Shown in pieces: positions 10,495 through 20,568 of a stretch of DNA of 64,000 nt. This DNA is from Alphaproteobacteria bacterium (GTDB lineage: Bacteria > Pseudomonadota > Alphaproteobacteria > CALKHQ01), in NCBI GenBank assembly GCA_965227515.1, contig CBDDFZ010000001.1, positions 2,848,001 through 2,912,000 of the forward strand, read 5' to 3'. The translations under genes were made by a program, and so were the position numbers. Position 1 is the first letter of the stretch; each line of letters starts with the position of its first letter. Under the pieces are notes generated by a model, which made no database searches, was not told the DNA's origin, and saw nothing but the letters and a program-made list of their open reading frames with translations.

Positions 10495-10607
10495 GCGGGC
10501 GGACCCCACCGGCAGGCGGCCGGTGGACGCGGGAGAGGCCGGACGGGGAACGCCCAGTAGGCTGCTAACAGTAGACGCTGAGGCGCAAGGTTCCGGAGAC
10601 GACAGGT

Positions 10608-11639
10608 ATGGTGAAGTTCCTCGGCCGCCTCATCGGGTTCGTGTTCATTGTCGGGTTGATTGGCGCCGGCGTGCTGGCGTGGGGGCGCGCCCAGTTCACC
10701 GCGCCCGGACCGTTGCAGACGGACACGGTCGTGGTCATCCCGCGCGGCGCGTCGGTGGAGCAGATCGCCGCCGTCCTGGCCCAGGAAGGCGTGATCGACG
10801 ACGGCGACGGCCCGATCAGCATGCGGGTGATCTTCCGCTACGGCGATCGCGCCATGCGCTTTTTCGCCGAGGAGGGCGCGCCTGTGAACATGCGGGCCGG
10901 CGAGTACAATATTCCCGCCGAGGCCAGTGCACAGGAAGTCCGCCAGATCCTGATCGACGGCAACGCGGTCGAACGGCGCTTTACCGCGCCGGAGGGCTTC
11001 ACCTCGCGCCAGATCGTGGCCCAGTTGGCGGAAACCGAGGGCCTGACCGGGGAGGTGACGGAGGTCCCGCCCGAGGGCTCGCTGTTGCCCGAGACCTTCT
11101 ATTTCCAGTTCGGCGATTCGCGTCAGTCGATGCTCGAGCGGATGGCGGCGGCGATGGACGACCTGGCCGAGGAGGCCTGGCCGAACCGCGCCGAGGGCCT
11201 GGCGATCGAGACCTGGGACGAGGCCGTGATCCTGGCTTCCATCGTGCAGGAGGAAGCCGGCAACCTGCAGGAGATGCCCCGCATCGCGGGCGTGTTCTAC
11301 AACCGCCTGAACGGCGGCATGCGCCTGCAGGCCGACGCGACGGTCGAGTACGGCATCACCCTGGGCGAGGGGCCGCTGGGCCGTGGGTTGCTGCGCTCCG
11401 AACTGGAAGACCCAACGCCCTACAACACATACCTGATCGACGGCCTGCCGCCGACGCCGATAGCCAATCCGGGGGCCGATGCGATCCGTGCCGTGCTGCA
11501 CCCGGCCACCCATGACGAGCTCTATTTCGTTGCCGACGGCACCGGCGGCCACGCCTTCGCCGTCACCCTGGAAGAGCACGAGCGCAATGTGGCGCGCTGG
11601 CGCGAGATCGAGGCGGCGCGCAACGGCAACGGCGGCTGA
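10608..11639 (+). CDS. mltG: Endolytic transglycosylase MltG
   Basis: N-terminal TM helix, 'EGSLLPETFY', 'ILASIVQEE', 'GMRLQADATV', 'PYNTY...GLPPTPIANPG', 'LYFVADGTGGH'. Confidence 0.95.
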   Translation: MVKFLGRLIGFVFIVGLIGAGVLAWGRAQFTAPGPLQTDTVVVIPRGASVEQIAAVLAQEGVIDDGDGPISMRVIFRYGDRAMRFFAEEGAPVNMRAGEYNIPAEASAQEVRQILIDGNAVERRFTAPEGFTSRQIVAQLAETEGLTGEVTEVPPEGSLLPETFYFQFGDSRQSMLERMAAAMDDLAEEAWPNRAEGLAIETWDEAVILASIVQEEAGNLQEMPRIAGVFYNRLNGGMRLQADATVEYGITLGEGPLGRGLLRSELEDPTPYNTYLIDGLPPTPIANPGADAIRAVLHPATHDELYFVADGTGGHAFAVTLEEHERNVARWREIEAARNGNGG

Positions 11640-11710
11640 GGCTCGGTCTCTGCATGCTTGAGGTCATGGCTCGGTTCGAGGCGAGGTCGCTCGGCATCCA
11701 AAAATGTTCC

Positions 11711-11884
11711 GTCGCCCTCGGTCTTGTGCCGAGGGTCCACTTTTGTCCAATAAATCAACGCATTAATCTGGTTTCTTATCGCCTGCGGCGGGCGACCAAT
11801 ATTGTTTGACCCATGCCATCTGTTTCGCTTGGCTTGACCTGATCTGTCTCGCAAATGGACCCTCGCGACAAGCGCGAGGGTGAC
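11711..11884. repeat. Inverted pair of 29-bp REP-like palindromes (174-bp REPIN/MITE-like unit)
   Basis: GTCGCCCTCGGTCTTGTGCCGAGGGTCCA (11711-11739) faces the reverse complement of GTCACCCTCGCGCTTGTCGCGAGGGTCCA (11856-11884). Confidence 0.75.
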
Positions 11885-11973
11885 GATTATTCTTATCTCG
11901 GTGCATCAGGGCAGCTGCCATCAACTTCTATGAGTTGGCTAGATCGGGATCAGCTTTCGCTGAATCTGAGCCA

Positions 11974-12037
11974 GCCCTCTCACCCACCTGGCCACCCAGC
12001 AGGATACTCTCGTGGGTGGCCGGGTGGGGGAGAGGGC
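11974..12037. repeat. Long GC-rich hairpin (CCCTCTC...GAGAGGG type)
   Basis: GCCCTCTCACCCACCTGGCCACCCA pairs nearly perfectly with TGGGTGGCCGGGTGGGGGAGAGGGC. Confidence 0.6.
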
Positions 12038-12210
12038 CGGTGCCGACTTAAGTGATCATGCTCTAGGCCAACGCCCGAGTCTACGACCCCTGCGGTCATT
12101 GCCTGGTAACCGGCAAGGCGGTAGGGTCGGGCCCATCGTCGGTGCCGATCCCCTTGCGGAGTCGCCGGCGCCCCGTCCGTTACCCTCGACCAACATCCGT
12201 GGCGGTACAG

Positions 12211-13116
12211 ATGGCCCTGTCCAGCATGACCGGATTTGCCCGCGTCGCCTCTGAGGCGGCGCGCCGCGCGCCCGAGTGGCCCGGCTGGGTGTGGGAGGTG
12301 CGCAGCGTGAACCACCGGGGGCTGGACATGCGCGTGCGGCTGCCGAGCGGCATGGATCGGCTGGAACCGGAAGTGCGCAAGCGGCTGCAGGCCGCGTTCG
12401 CCAGGGGCTCGGTCCAGGTGACCTTGAGCCTGGGGCGCGCCAAGGTGCAGCGCCAGCTCAACGTGAACTGGGAGATGCTGGACCAGGTGCTGTCGCTGCA
12501 GGAGCGGCTTGGCGACAAGGTGGCGGACGAGAAGCCCACGCTGGCGGGCTTGCTGGCGATCAGGGGCGTGATCGACGACGAAGCCGGCGGCGAGGACGGC
12601 GAGGTCGTGGACGACGCGCTGGCCACCGCGATGCTGGAGGACTTCTCGAAGACCGTGGAGACGCTGGCCGCCTCGCGGGCGGCCGAAGGCGCGCGGTTGG
12701 AAAAGGTGATCGCCGGCCATCTCGACGAGATCGGGCGGCTGACCGGCGAAGCCGCGGCTGCAGCGGCCGCGCAGGGCAGTGCGATTCATGCGCGCTTGCT
12801 GGCGCAGATCGCCGAGTTGCGCGCCGACGGCGCCGACATGCCGGAGGACCGCCTGGCGCAAGAGGTTGCGCTGCTGGTCGCCAAGGCTGACGTGCGCGAG
12901 GAGATCGACCGCCTGGCGGGCCATGTCGAGGCCGGCCGGGCGCTGCTGGACGAGGGGGGCGCTATCGGCCGCCGGCTGGACTTCCTGTGTCAGGAGTTCA
13001 ACCGCGAGGCCAATACGGTCTGCTCGAAGTCGTCCGACATGGCGCTGACACGCGTCGGGCTGGCGCTGAAAACCAGCATCGACCAGTTGCGCGAGCAAGT
13101 GCAGAACCTGGAATAG
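12211..13116 (+). CDS. yicC: YicC/YloC family endoribonuclease
   Basis: 'SSMTGFAR', 'WEVRSVNHRGLD', 'KADVREEIDRL', 'GRRLDFLCQEFNREANT...REQVQNLE'. Start at ATG 12211. Confidence 0.95.
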   Translation: MALSSMTGFARVASEAARRAPEWPGWVWEVRSVNHRGLDMRVRLPSGMDRLEPEVRKRLQAAFARGSVQVTLSLGRAKVQRQLNVNWEMLDQVLSLQERLGDKVADEKPTLAGLLAIRGVIDDEAGGEDGEVVDDALATAMLEDFSKTVETLAASRAAEGARLEKVIAGHLDEIGRLTGEAAAAAAAQGSAIHARLLAQIAELRADGADMPEDRLAQEVALLVAKADVREEIDRLAGHVEAGRALLDEGGAIGRRLDFLCQEFNREANTVCSKSSDMALTRVGLALKTSIDQLREQVQNLE

Positions 13117-13130
13117 GCCTGGATGCGAGC

Positions 13131-13841
13131 ATGAGTGAGCGGCAACCAGCGGCTATGGCGCCCGGCGCGCATGGCACCGACGTGTCGGCCCCCGATACCG
13201 GCGCGGGCGACATCCGGATCGCGCGCCGCGGCCTGATGCTCGTGCTGTCGTCGCCGTCCGGTGCCGGCAAGACCTCGATCTCCCGCGCGCTGCTGGACAG
13301 CGACCCGAACCTGGAACTGTCGATCTCGGTGACCACCCGCGCGAAGCGGCCCGGAGAGGTCGCCGGCTCGCACTACCATTTCATCAGCGCCGACGAGTTC
13401 GGCCTGATGGTCAACCGGGACGAGTTGCTGGAGCACGCCAAAGTGTTCGGCCACTACTACGGCACGCCCCGGTCGGCGGTGGAGGAGGCGCTGGCGGGCG
13501 GGCGCGACGTCATATTCGATATCGACTGGCAGGGCACGCAGCAGATCGCGGAGCGCGCGCGCGACGACCTGGTCAGTGTGTTCATCCTGCCGCCGTCGAC
13601 CCGCGAGCTTGAGCGCAGGCTGCGCACCCGTGCTCAGGACTCCGACAAGATCGTCGCCGAGCGGATGGCCAAGGCGTCCGACGAGATGAGCCACTACGCC
13701 GAGTACGACTACATCGTGGTCAACTCGGATTTCGAGCGCAGCGTGGAGGCGGTGCGCGCCATCCTGGCGGCCGAACGGCTGAAGCGGCACCGGCGCGTCG
13801 GCCTGGGCGACTTCGTCAAGGCCCTGCGCGCCGGCCAGTAG
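13131..13841 (+). CDS. gmk: Guanylate kinase
   Basis: 'SSPSGAGKT', 'SVTTRAKRPGE', 'YYGTP', 'FDIDWQG'. Confidence 0.97.
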   Translation: MSERQPAAMAPGAHGTDVSAPDTGAGDIRIARRGLMLVLSSPSGAGKTSISRALLDSDPNLELSISVTTRAKRPGEVAGSHYHFISADEFGLMVNRDELLEHAKVFGHYYGTPRSAVEEALAGGRDVIFDIDWQGTQQIAERARDDLVSVFILPPSTRELERRLRTRAQDSDKIVAERMAKASDEMSHYAEYDYIVVNSDFERSVEAVRAILAAERLKRHRRVGLGDFVKALRAGQ

Positions 13842-13844
13842 AGC

Positions 13845-14708
13845 CTAAGACGCTCCCCCGCGCAGCTGCTCGAGCGCCCGGGCGATCGCACACATCCCGG
13901 CCACATCCACGGTCTCGGCGCGGGCGGTCGGGGCCACGCCTGCCTCGGCCAGCAGCGCTTCCGTGTCGACGCGGAGCTGCTTCAGGCTACTGCGCAGCAT
14001 CTTCCGGCGCTGCCCGAAGGCGGCCGCGGTGACCTCCTGCAGCAACCCGGTATCGGCGGGTGCCAGCGGCGCCGCACGGGGCACGAGCTGGACCACGCTT
14101 GACGTCACCTTGGGCGGCGGCACGAAGGCCGCGGCGGGCAGGTCGAACACACGCCGCACCTCGCACAGCCATTGCGTCAGGATGGACAGGCGGCCATAGG
14201 CGCGGCCGCCGCACGCGGCGGTCAGGCGGTCGGCGACCTCGCGCTGGAACATCAGCGTCATGCTGGCGATGTCGCCGATACGCTGTAGCCAGCCGATCAG
14301 CAGCGGGGTCGAAATGTTGTAGGGCAGGTTCGCCACGATCCGCCTGGGGGCGGGGCCGGCATCGGCAATGTCATAGGCCAGCGCATCGCCGGACACGATG
14401 GCCAGCCGTCCCGTGGCGGCCTCGGCCAGATCCTGCAATGCCGCGACACAGCGCGCATCGCGCTCCACCGCCACGATGCGCGCGGCGGAGGTGGCGAGCA
14501 GGGCGCGGGTCAGCCCGCCCGGGCCGGGGCCGACCTCCACCACCGTCTCGCCGTCCTCGATGCCGGCGGACCGCGCGATCTTGGCGCAGATGTTCTGGTC
14601 GAGCAGGAAGTGCTGGCCCAGGCCGTGGCGCGCACCCAACTGATGCCGCGCGATGACGTCGCGCAACGGAGGCAGGGCGTCGAGCCATGTCTCGGCCCCG
14701 GCCGACAT
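13845..14708 (-). CDS. rsmA: 16S rRNA adenine dimethyltransferase
   Basis: 'LGQHFLLD', 'EVGPGPGGLT', 'VANLPYNIST', 'MFQREVA', 'AAFGQRRKMLR'. Confidence 0.97.
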   Translation of the reverse strand: MSAGAETWLDALPPLRDVIARHQLGARHGLGQHFLLDQNICAKIARSAGIEDGETVVEVGPGPGGLTRALLATSAARIVAVERDARCVAALQDLAEAATGRLAIVSGDALAYDIADAGPAPRRIVANLPYNISTPLLIGWLQRIGDIASMTLMFQREVADRLTAACGGRAYGRLSILTQWLCEVRRVFDLPAAAFVPPPKVTSSVVQLVPRAAPLAPADTGLLQEVTAAAFGQRRKMLRSSLKQLRVDTEALLAEAGVAPTARAETVDVAGMCAIARALEQLRGGAS

Positions 14709-14723
14709 TCGTCGTCGGTCCGA

Positions 14724-16040
14724 TCAGACCCTGATGTCGATGAACGCGGTCTGGCGCAGATCCCGCAACAGGCGCTGCGACAGCAGCTCCAGTTTCTCGC
14801 GGAACAGGTCGTCGCGAATCTCGTCGCGCGCTGGCAGCGCACCCTGCGGCGCATTGCGGTCGCACACCACGTAGACGCGCACCGAATCGTCCGCCTGGAT
14901 CGGCGTGCTTGGCTGGTCGATGGACAGGGTCTCGAACAGACTGCGCTGTGCCTCGGTCAGGCTGCTGACCGGACGGTTCGTCACCTGGTCGCCCAGCCCC
15001 AGGCCGAGCTCTTCGGCAATGACCGCGAAGTCGTCGCAGCCAGTGGCAAGCTCGGCAACGGTCTGGGCAAGGTCGATCTGGCTCTTCCGCTCGGCCGGGC
15101 TCATATCAGGCGACAGCGGCAGGGCGATCTCGCGGTACGCCACGGTGACATCGCCGGGCGACGGGCCGGTCAGCGCCTCACGCTCGACCAGTGCGATGAT
15201 GGTGTAGCCGCTGACGCCACGGATCGGTGAAGACACCTCGCCGACCGACAGCGTCGACAGCACATCGTCGATGGCGGGTTCCAGCTCGCCGGCAAACACG
15301 AAGCCCAGATCGCCGCCCACCGCGGCGGTCGCGCTTTGCGAGAACTGACGGGCCAACGCCTGGAACGATGCGCCGCGCCCCAGCTCCTGCAGCAATCCGT
15401 TGGCGGTCGCGCGGACATCTTCCTCGTCGGCGGGATTGTCGACGGCAAGGAAAATCTCCGCCACCCGATACCGGGTCGAGCCCTGGTTGGCGGCGATGCG
15501 GCCGAGAACCTCGTCGATCTCGTCCTCGGAAATCTCCACGGTCGGCGCCAGGCGCAGGGCCTGCAGCTTCTGCCAGCGCAACTCGGCATTGATGCGGTCG
15601 AGCAGGGCCGAATAGGGCACGCCAATGCTCTCGATCGCGGTCTGGAGCTGTCCGGCGGGGATGTTGTTGTTCGACTCCAACTCGGCCAAACCGGCGGCCA
15701 GCTCCGACTCCTCAACCTGGATGCCCAGGCGCACCGCTTCCTGTTCCTGCAGGCGTTCGTCGATCAGTTGGCGCAGGATCTGGGGCGCCAGTCGTTGCTG
15801 GGTCTCCTGGTCGGCAGGCAGGCCCGATGTGCGGATGATCAGCTGCAAGCGAACGATCACGTCGAATTCTGTGACGATGTCGTTGTTCACCACCGCGGCG
15901 ATGCGCAGGCTTTGCTGCGCCATGGCCGCGTGCGGCAGCGCGGTTGCCAGCAGCGCCAGCGCAACGGCGGCACACGCCGCCAACCGGCCAAGGGAAGGGA
16001 TCAGGCATACCTGCATAAGTGAACGCATTTCGCTCGCCAT
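14724..16040 (-). CDS. surA: Periplasmic chaperone/PPIase SurA
   Basis: Signal peptide, 'IAAVVNNDIVT', parvulin-type 'FQALARQFSQSATAAVGGDLG'; follows lptD. Confidence 0.9.
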   Translation of the reverse strand: MASEMRSLMQVCLIPSLGRLAACAAVALALLATALPHAAMAQQSLRIAAVVNNDIVTEFDVIVRLQLIIRTSGLPADQETQQRLAPQILRQLIDERLQEQEAVRLGIQVEESELAAGLAELESNNNIPAGQLQTAIESIGVPYSALLDRINAELRWQKLQALRLAPTVEISEDEIDEVLGRIAANQGSTRYRVAEIFLAVDNPADEEDVRATANGLLQELGRGASFQALARQFSQSATAAVGGDLGFVFAGELEPAIDDVLSTLSVGEVSSPIRGVSGYTIIALVEREALTGPSPGDVTVAYREIALPLSPDMSPAERKSQIDLAQTVAELATGCDDFAVIAEELGLGLGDQVTNRPVSSLTEAQRSLFETLSIDQPSTPIQADDSVRVYVVCDRNAPQGALPARDEIRDDLFREKLELLSQRLLRDLRQTAFIDIRV

Positions 16041-16046
16041 CGTGTC

Positions 16047-18260
16047 TTAGAAACTGAATTCGCCCAGGGTCTTCAAGGCGACGCGGAAGATCAGCGTGTC
16101 CGACTGCTGGATCTCGCGATCCTCGAAAAAGTCCCGCACGAATGTGCCGCTGAATATGAAGCACTCGTCCTCGTAGGTCAGGCTGGCATTTGCCGTCCTG
16201 GTCTCGCCCTCATTGAGGTCAAACGTGATACCGCTGCTCAATCGCCATTGATCGTCGATCTGCGACGACAAGTTGGCGACCACCTGTTCGCGGTCGTCGA
16301 ACTCACCGGTCACGTCGCTGCTCTTCAGGAAGACATAGCTCAAATTGCCGCGCAGCGCGGGTGGGCCGAGAGCGAGTTGGATGTCGTGGCGCACAAGGTC
16401 GCCCGAACCGACATCTATCCGGAACCGGTCGACGAAGGTGAAATTGGCGTCCGGACGAATTTCCAGCCTGCCGACAATGTCCGAAAGCTGGTCGGTGACC
16501 CCCGACCCGGTGCGGTAGGATTCATCGGTCTGGACCTGGAAGCTCTGTCCCAGGAACAGGGACGAATAGCCGCCGGACTCGCCCGCCGCCGCCAGGTTGA
16601 GGCCGTAGTTGAAGCGCTGGCCCGGATCGACCGTGTCCTTGCCCGGGAACCGGTTGGCCGCGAACAGGTTGGAGTCGTCCAGGTCGAAGTCGCGGCTGTC
16701 CTCGTCCGGAATGTCCTCCGGATTGTTGCCGAACGGCGCCACCACAACGCCCAGGCGCGGCTCCAGCGTGATCTGGTAGGGCGCCACGTAGCGCACGAGT
16801 GGGTAGCGCCATGTCAGCGACGCCTGCGGGAAGATGCGGCCGGTGAAACCGTCCGGGAACGCTTCGCCGGTCAGTTCATCGACGAAGTCGCGCACGTAGT
16901 ACAGGTCGCCGCGCAGGCTGACATTGAAGTCGTAGAGCTCGCCGATCGACGATGTGTAGGGCAGGTGCCACCCGCCGGCCAAGGACAGGCGCACATTGTC
17001 CGAGCCCTCTTCCTGCCGGAAGATGGTGCGCAGGTCCGCATCCGCGGTCCAGTAGCCGCCCCAATCGTCGAACTCGCTCACGTAGTTGGCCTGCACGTAG
17101 GGGAAGACGAACGGGGTCTCCGCATCGTCGTCCAGTGCGCGCTGGTCGCGATAGGCGTACAAGTCCGCCGACACGTAGCTCTTGCCGTAGAAGCCCTCCA
17201 ACCGCGCGTTCGACGTCAGGATGCTGGACGACGGGAAGCCGTAGAGCCGGCGATATGTGTCGTCGGTCGAAAGCTGAATGTTGTGGCTGGCCCGCCAGTG
17301 CTCGTCGATCGCGTAGGCGCCGAGGAAATCGAGGTGGCCACGGAAGCTGCCTTCCTTGGTGATGCCATCGTCGTCGACCCGGTCGGCAAACGTGGCGCTG
17401 GCATTCAGGTTCAACTCGCCAAAGCTCATGCGTTCGCGGAACTCGGTCGCCAGCACGATGCTCTGCGAGGTTGTCAGGTATGGCTCGATGATGATGTCGG
17501 ACTGATCGTCGATGACGATGTAGACCGGTAATCGCGCGAACCCGCCGAGCTGGGTGTTGTTGCCGAAGGTCGGGGCCAGGATGCCGGTCTTGCGCGCGAT
17601 GTTCGGGCCTGGGTGCTCCAGGTACGGCGTGTACAGCAGCGGAATGCCGAAGAACTCCAGCGTCGCATTGCGGTAGCGCACTTCCTCTTCGACCTGATCG
17701 TAGACCACGCGCTCGGCCTTGATCTGCCACAGCGGCGGGCTGGTGGGATCCTCCTCACAGACGGCGCACGGCGAGTACACGGCCTGGCCAAGCTCGGTGT
17801 AGTTGCCGTCGCGGCGTTGCGCGACGCTGGCGGCAATCCGCGCGTTGTCGCTCAACAGCACGCCCAGATTGGAGATCACGGCGTTCTTCAGGTCGCCGGT
17901 CAACTCGGCGAAATCGGTGAAAATGACCTCGCCCGTCGGCTCCAGCAGGGAAACGTTGCCGCTGGCGGTAACGATGTCGCTGAGCTGGTTGAAGGTCACG
18001 ACATCGGCCAGCACCGTGCGGTCGGCCTGGGTGATCTCCACATTGCCGCGCGCCGTCACGACATCGAGCTGGTCGTCGTATTCCAGATAGTCGGCGACGA
18101 AGGTGACCGGCTGCTCTGCCGAAATGGGCGGCAGCTCGCCATCCTGCGCGTGCACGTGATCCGGCGCCAGCACCGCCGCCCCCGCCAGTGCCAGCAGACC
18201 CGCGAGCCTACCTGTAAGCCTATGTGCCGCCTGCCAAACCATCGTGCCCGAGTCAGCCAT
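16047..18260 (-). CDS. lptD: LPS-assembly protein LptD
   Basis: OstA-like N-terminus 'VTARGNVEI', 'YSPCAVC...PPLWQIKA', C-terminal 'YEDECF...LKTLG'. Start placed at ATG 18260, overlapping the lptG stop. Confidence 0.93.
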   Translation of the reverse strand: MADSGTMVWQAAHRLTGRLAGLLALAGAAVLAPDHVHAQDGELPPISAEQPVTFVADYLEYDDQLDVVTARGNVEITQADRTVLADVVTFNQLSDIVTASGNVSLLEPTGEVIFTDFAELTGDLKNAVISNLGVLLSDNARIAASVAQRRDGNYTELGQAVYSPCAVCEEDPTSPPLWQIKAERVVYDQVEEEVRYRNATLEFFGIPLLYTPYLEHPGPNIARKTGILAPTFGNNTQLGGFARLPVYIVIDDQSDIIIEPYLTTSQSIVLATEFRERMSFGELNLNASATFADRVDDDGITKEGSFRGHLDFLGAYAIDEHWRASHNIQLSTDDTYRRLYGFPSSSILTSNARLEGFYGKSYVSADLYAYRDQRALDDDAETPFVFPYVQANYVSEFDDWGGYWTADADLRTIFRQEEGSDNVRLSLAGGWHLPYTSSIGELYDFNVSLRGDLYYVRDFVDELTGEAFPDGFTGRIFPQASLTWRYPLVRYVAPYQITLEPRLGVVVAPFGNNPEDIPDEDSRDFDLDDSNLFAANRFPGKDTVDPGQRFNYGLNLAAAGESGGYSSLFLGQSFQVQTDESYRTGSGVTDQLSDIVGRLEIRPDANFTFVDRFRIDVGSGDLVRHDIQLALGPPALRGNLSYVFLKSSDVTGEFDDREQVVANLSSQIDDQWRLSSGITFDLNEGETRTANASLTYEDECFIFSGTFVRDFFEDREIQQSDTLIFRVALKTLGEFSF

Positions 18261-19347
18261 CCTCCAGATGCAACAGCATGGATAGCCCAAGCAGCATCAC
18301 GATGCCAGCGGGTGCCCAACCGGCGAGCTCAATCGGAATGCGCGCGGAGATTCCCAAGGCCAGAACGATGTCGGTCAGGATATAGAGACCGAAGCTGACG
18401 GTTATGCCGGCGGCGAATATGAAGAACAGGCCGCTGCGGCGTGCGTGCCGCAACGAGAACCCGGCGGCCACCAGCACCATGCCGCAGAGCAGCAGCGGCT
18501 CGGCCACCGAAGCGTGCCAGTGCACCCTGAGCGCGCGGCTGGGGAAACCGGCCAGGTCCAGCAGCTCGGCGTAGCGCTCCAGGTCCCAGAACGACACGGT
18601 CTCGGGGGAGGCCAGGCTGTCTTGCAGCTCGGAGATGGTCAGGCGGGTTGGAAAATCCAGCGTGTCGACCATCTGCGGCAGGGCGCCGGCCTGGTTGACC
18701 GCGACATCGCGCAGTTCCCAGTTGCCCGGCTCGATCACGGCGGACCCTGCGTCCAGCCGCTGCATGAACCTGTCTTCGGAATCCGTCTGGTAGATCAGCA
18801 CCTGATAGAGGGTTGCGTCCTCCGGCGCCCAGGACCCGGCATTGACGATGGCGTAGCCGTCGTCGCGCGCCTCGCGCAGCCAGATGCCGCTCTGCGAAAG
18901 GCTCAGTGTCGACGGATCGCCTTGCATGTAGCGGCGGTCGAGCTCGTCGTAGCGCGCCATCAGCGACGCCGACAACGGGTTGAACACGGTCACCCGGAAC
19001 ACCCCCAGCGCGATCACCGCGGCCATCACCGGCAGCAGGAACTGCCAGGCCGACACGCCCGCGCCGCGCACGATGGTCAGCTCGTTGTTGCGGGTCAGTC
19101 GCCAGAAGCTGCCCATGGCTGCGAACAGAATGCTGAACGGCAGCACCTTCTGCGCGGTGTTCGGCAGCCGCAGCAGCGACATCTCGATCACCAGGCCGAA
19201 GGTGACGTCGTCGCGGTTGGCGCTGCGCCGCAGCAACTCCACCAGGTCCACCAGCAGGATCAGCAGCGACAGCACCAGGAAGACGGCCAGAAACCAGCCC
19301 GCGAACTGGCGCGCGATATAGAGCGCGAATGTGCTGGAAATCCTCAT
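18253..19347 (-). CDS. lptG: LPS export permease LptG
   Basis: 'YIARQF...LVELLRR...LTRNNELTIVRGAGVSAWQ...LLHLEDG'. Start at ATG 19347. Confidence 0.92.
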   Translation of the reverse strand: MRISSTFALYIARQFAGWFLAVFLVLSLLILLVDLVELLRRSANRDDVTFGLVIEMSLLRLPNTAQKVLPFSILFAAMGSFWRLTRNNELTIVRGAGVSAWQFLLPVMAAVIALGVFRVTVFNPLSASLMARYDELDRRYMQGDPSTLSLSQSGIWLREARDDGYAIVNAGSWAPEDATLYQVLIYQTDSEDRFMQRLDAGSAVIEPGNWELRDVAVNQAGALPQMVDTLDFPTRLTISELQDSLASPETVSFWDLERYAELLDLAGFPSRALRVHWHASVAEPLLLCGMVLVAAGFSLRHARRSGLFFIFAAGITVSFGLYILTDIVLALGISARIPIELAGWAPAGIVMLLGLSMLLHLEDG

Positions 19348-20471
19348 GTCGGCGCCATCTCCGCCGTGCGGCGGCGCCTGGGCCGTCTTCGGTTGTGGCG
19401 GTACAGCAGGTAGGCGGCGACCGCGGCCGGCAGCACGACATTGGCGTAGAGCAGGGGATAGGCCGCCGGCTCCGAGCGGGCGACCGACTGCAGGCCGATC
19501 TCCGACAGTTTCAGGGCGCCGACCATCACGCCGGCGGCAACCAGCCGCCATATGCGTGCGCGCCGGTTGAATTCGGTCGCCAGCAGGGTGGCGAGCCCGA
19601 TCATCACGAACGCGACCGGATAAAACGGGGCCGCGATCCGCGCGTGTCCCTCCGCGATCAGCTCATTGCGGTAGACCTCGTCGGCGACCGTCTGCGGCGC
19701 CCGGAACAGTTCATCCAGATTGCGCTCGCGCGGCCCCAGGAACCGGTCGTCCAGCGTCTCGGCCAGCGTGCCCAGGTCCATGGTGTAGGTCTCGAACTCC
19801 AGCGAGGTAACGGTGCCCCGCTCGCGGTCGAACTCCTGGCGCAGCCCGTTGGCCATCAGCACCCGGTGGCCTTCGGCGGTGATCACGAGCTTGCCGCGCT
19901 CCGCCGTGGTGGTGACGGGTTTTTCCGGATCGCGGCTGTCGTGGGCGAAAATGCCGTACAGGTCGCCCTCGGCACTGCGGTCGCGGACATAGACGGTGAT
20001 GCCTTCGTCCACGGTGTTGAACACGCCTTGCTGCAGGATGGACGCGATCTCGCTGCGGAACGAGAACTGAAGCGTCTTGAACGCGCGGTAGCTCATCGGC
20101 AGCAGATAGAAGTTCAGCGCCATCAGGATCACGCAGACACCGCCGGCGAGCAGGAATGCCGGCCGGGCGAGCCGGAAATGGCCGAATCCTGCCGCGCGCA
20201 GCACGACCAGCTCGCTGTCCGACAGCATGCGGTTGTAGACGAACATCACCGCGATGAAGGCGGCTATGGGCAGGATCGCGACCAGCAGCGACGGCATCAG
20301 CAGCAGCACGAAATAGAAGAAGGCGCCGACCGACAGGCCGCGATTGACGATCAGGTCGACGAACCGCAACGACTGGGTCAGCCAGACCGCGAACGTCAGC
20401 ACCAGCGTGATGACGATCAGCGCCAGCACCAGTTGGCGCAGCATGTAACGCGTGGTGTGGGACATCAGCAT
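19344..20471 (-). CDS. lptF: LPS export permease LptF
   Basis: 'RYMLRQL...WLTQSLRFVDLIVNRG...DSELVVLRAAG'. Start could be 20471 or 20465. Confidence 0.92.
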   Translation of the reverse strand: MLMSHTTRYMLRQLVLALIVITLVLTFAVWLTQSLRFVDLIVNRGLSVGAFFYFVLLLMPSLLVAILPIAAFIAVMFVYNRMLSDSELVVLRAAGFGHFRLARPAFLLAGGVCVILMALNFYLLPMSYRAFKTLQFSFRSEIASILQQGVFNTVDEGITVYVRDRSAEGDLYGIFAHDSRDPEKPVTTTAERGKLVITAEGHRVLMANGLRQEFDRERGTVTSLEFETYTMDLGTLAETLDDRFLGPRERNLDELFRAPQTVADEVYRNELIAEGHARIAAPFYPVAFVMIGLATLLATEFNRRARIWRLVAAGVMVGALKLSEIGLQSVARSEPAAYPLLYANVVLPAAVAAYLLYRHNRRRPRRRRTAEMAPT

Positions 20472-20568
20472 CGGATGGCTATTGCCGTGGTGCGGCCATT
20501 CGGCATAGACCGGGCGCCGTTGCGCGCCTGCCCAGTTCACCGGTTTGCGAAGATGCTGATGCCCCGCG

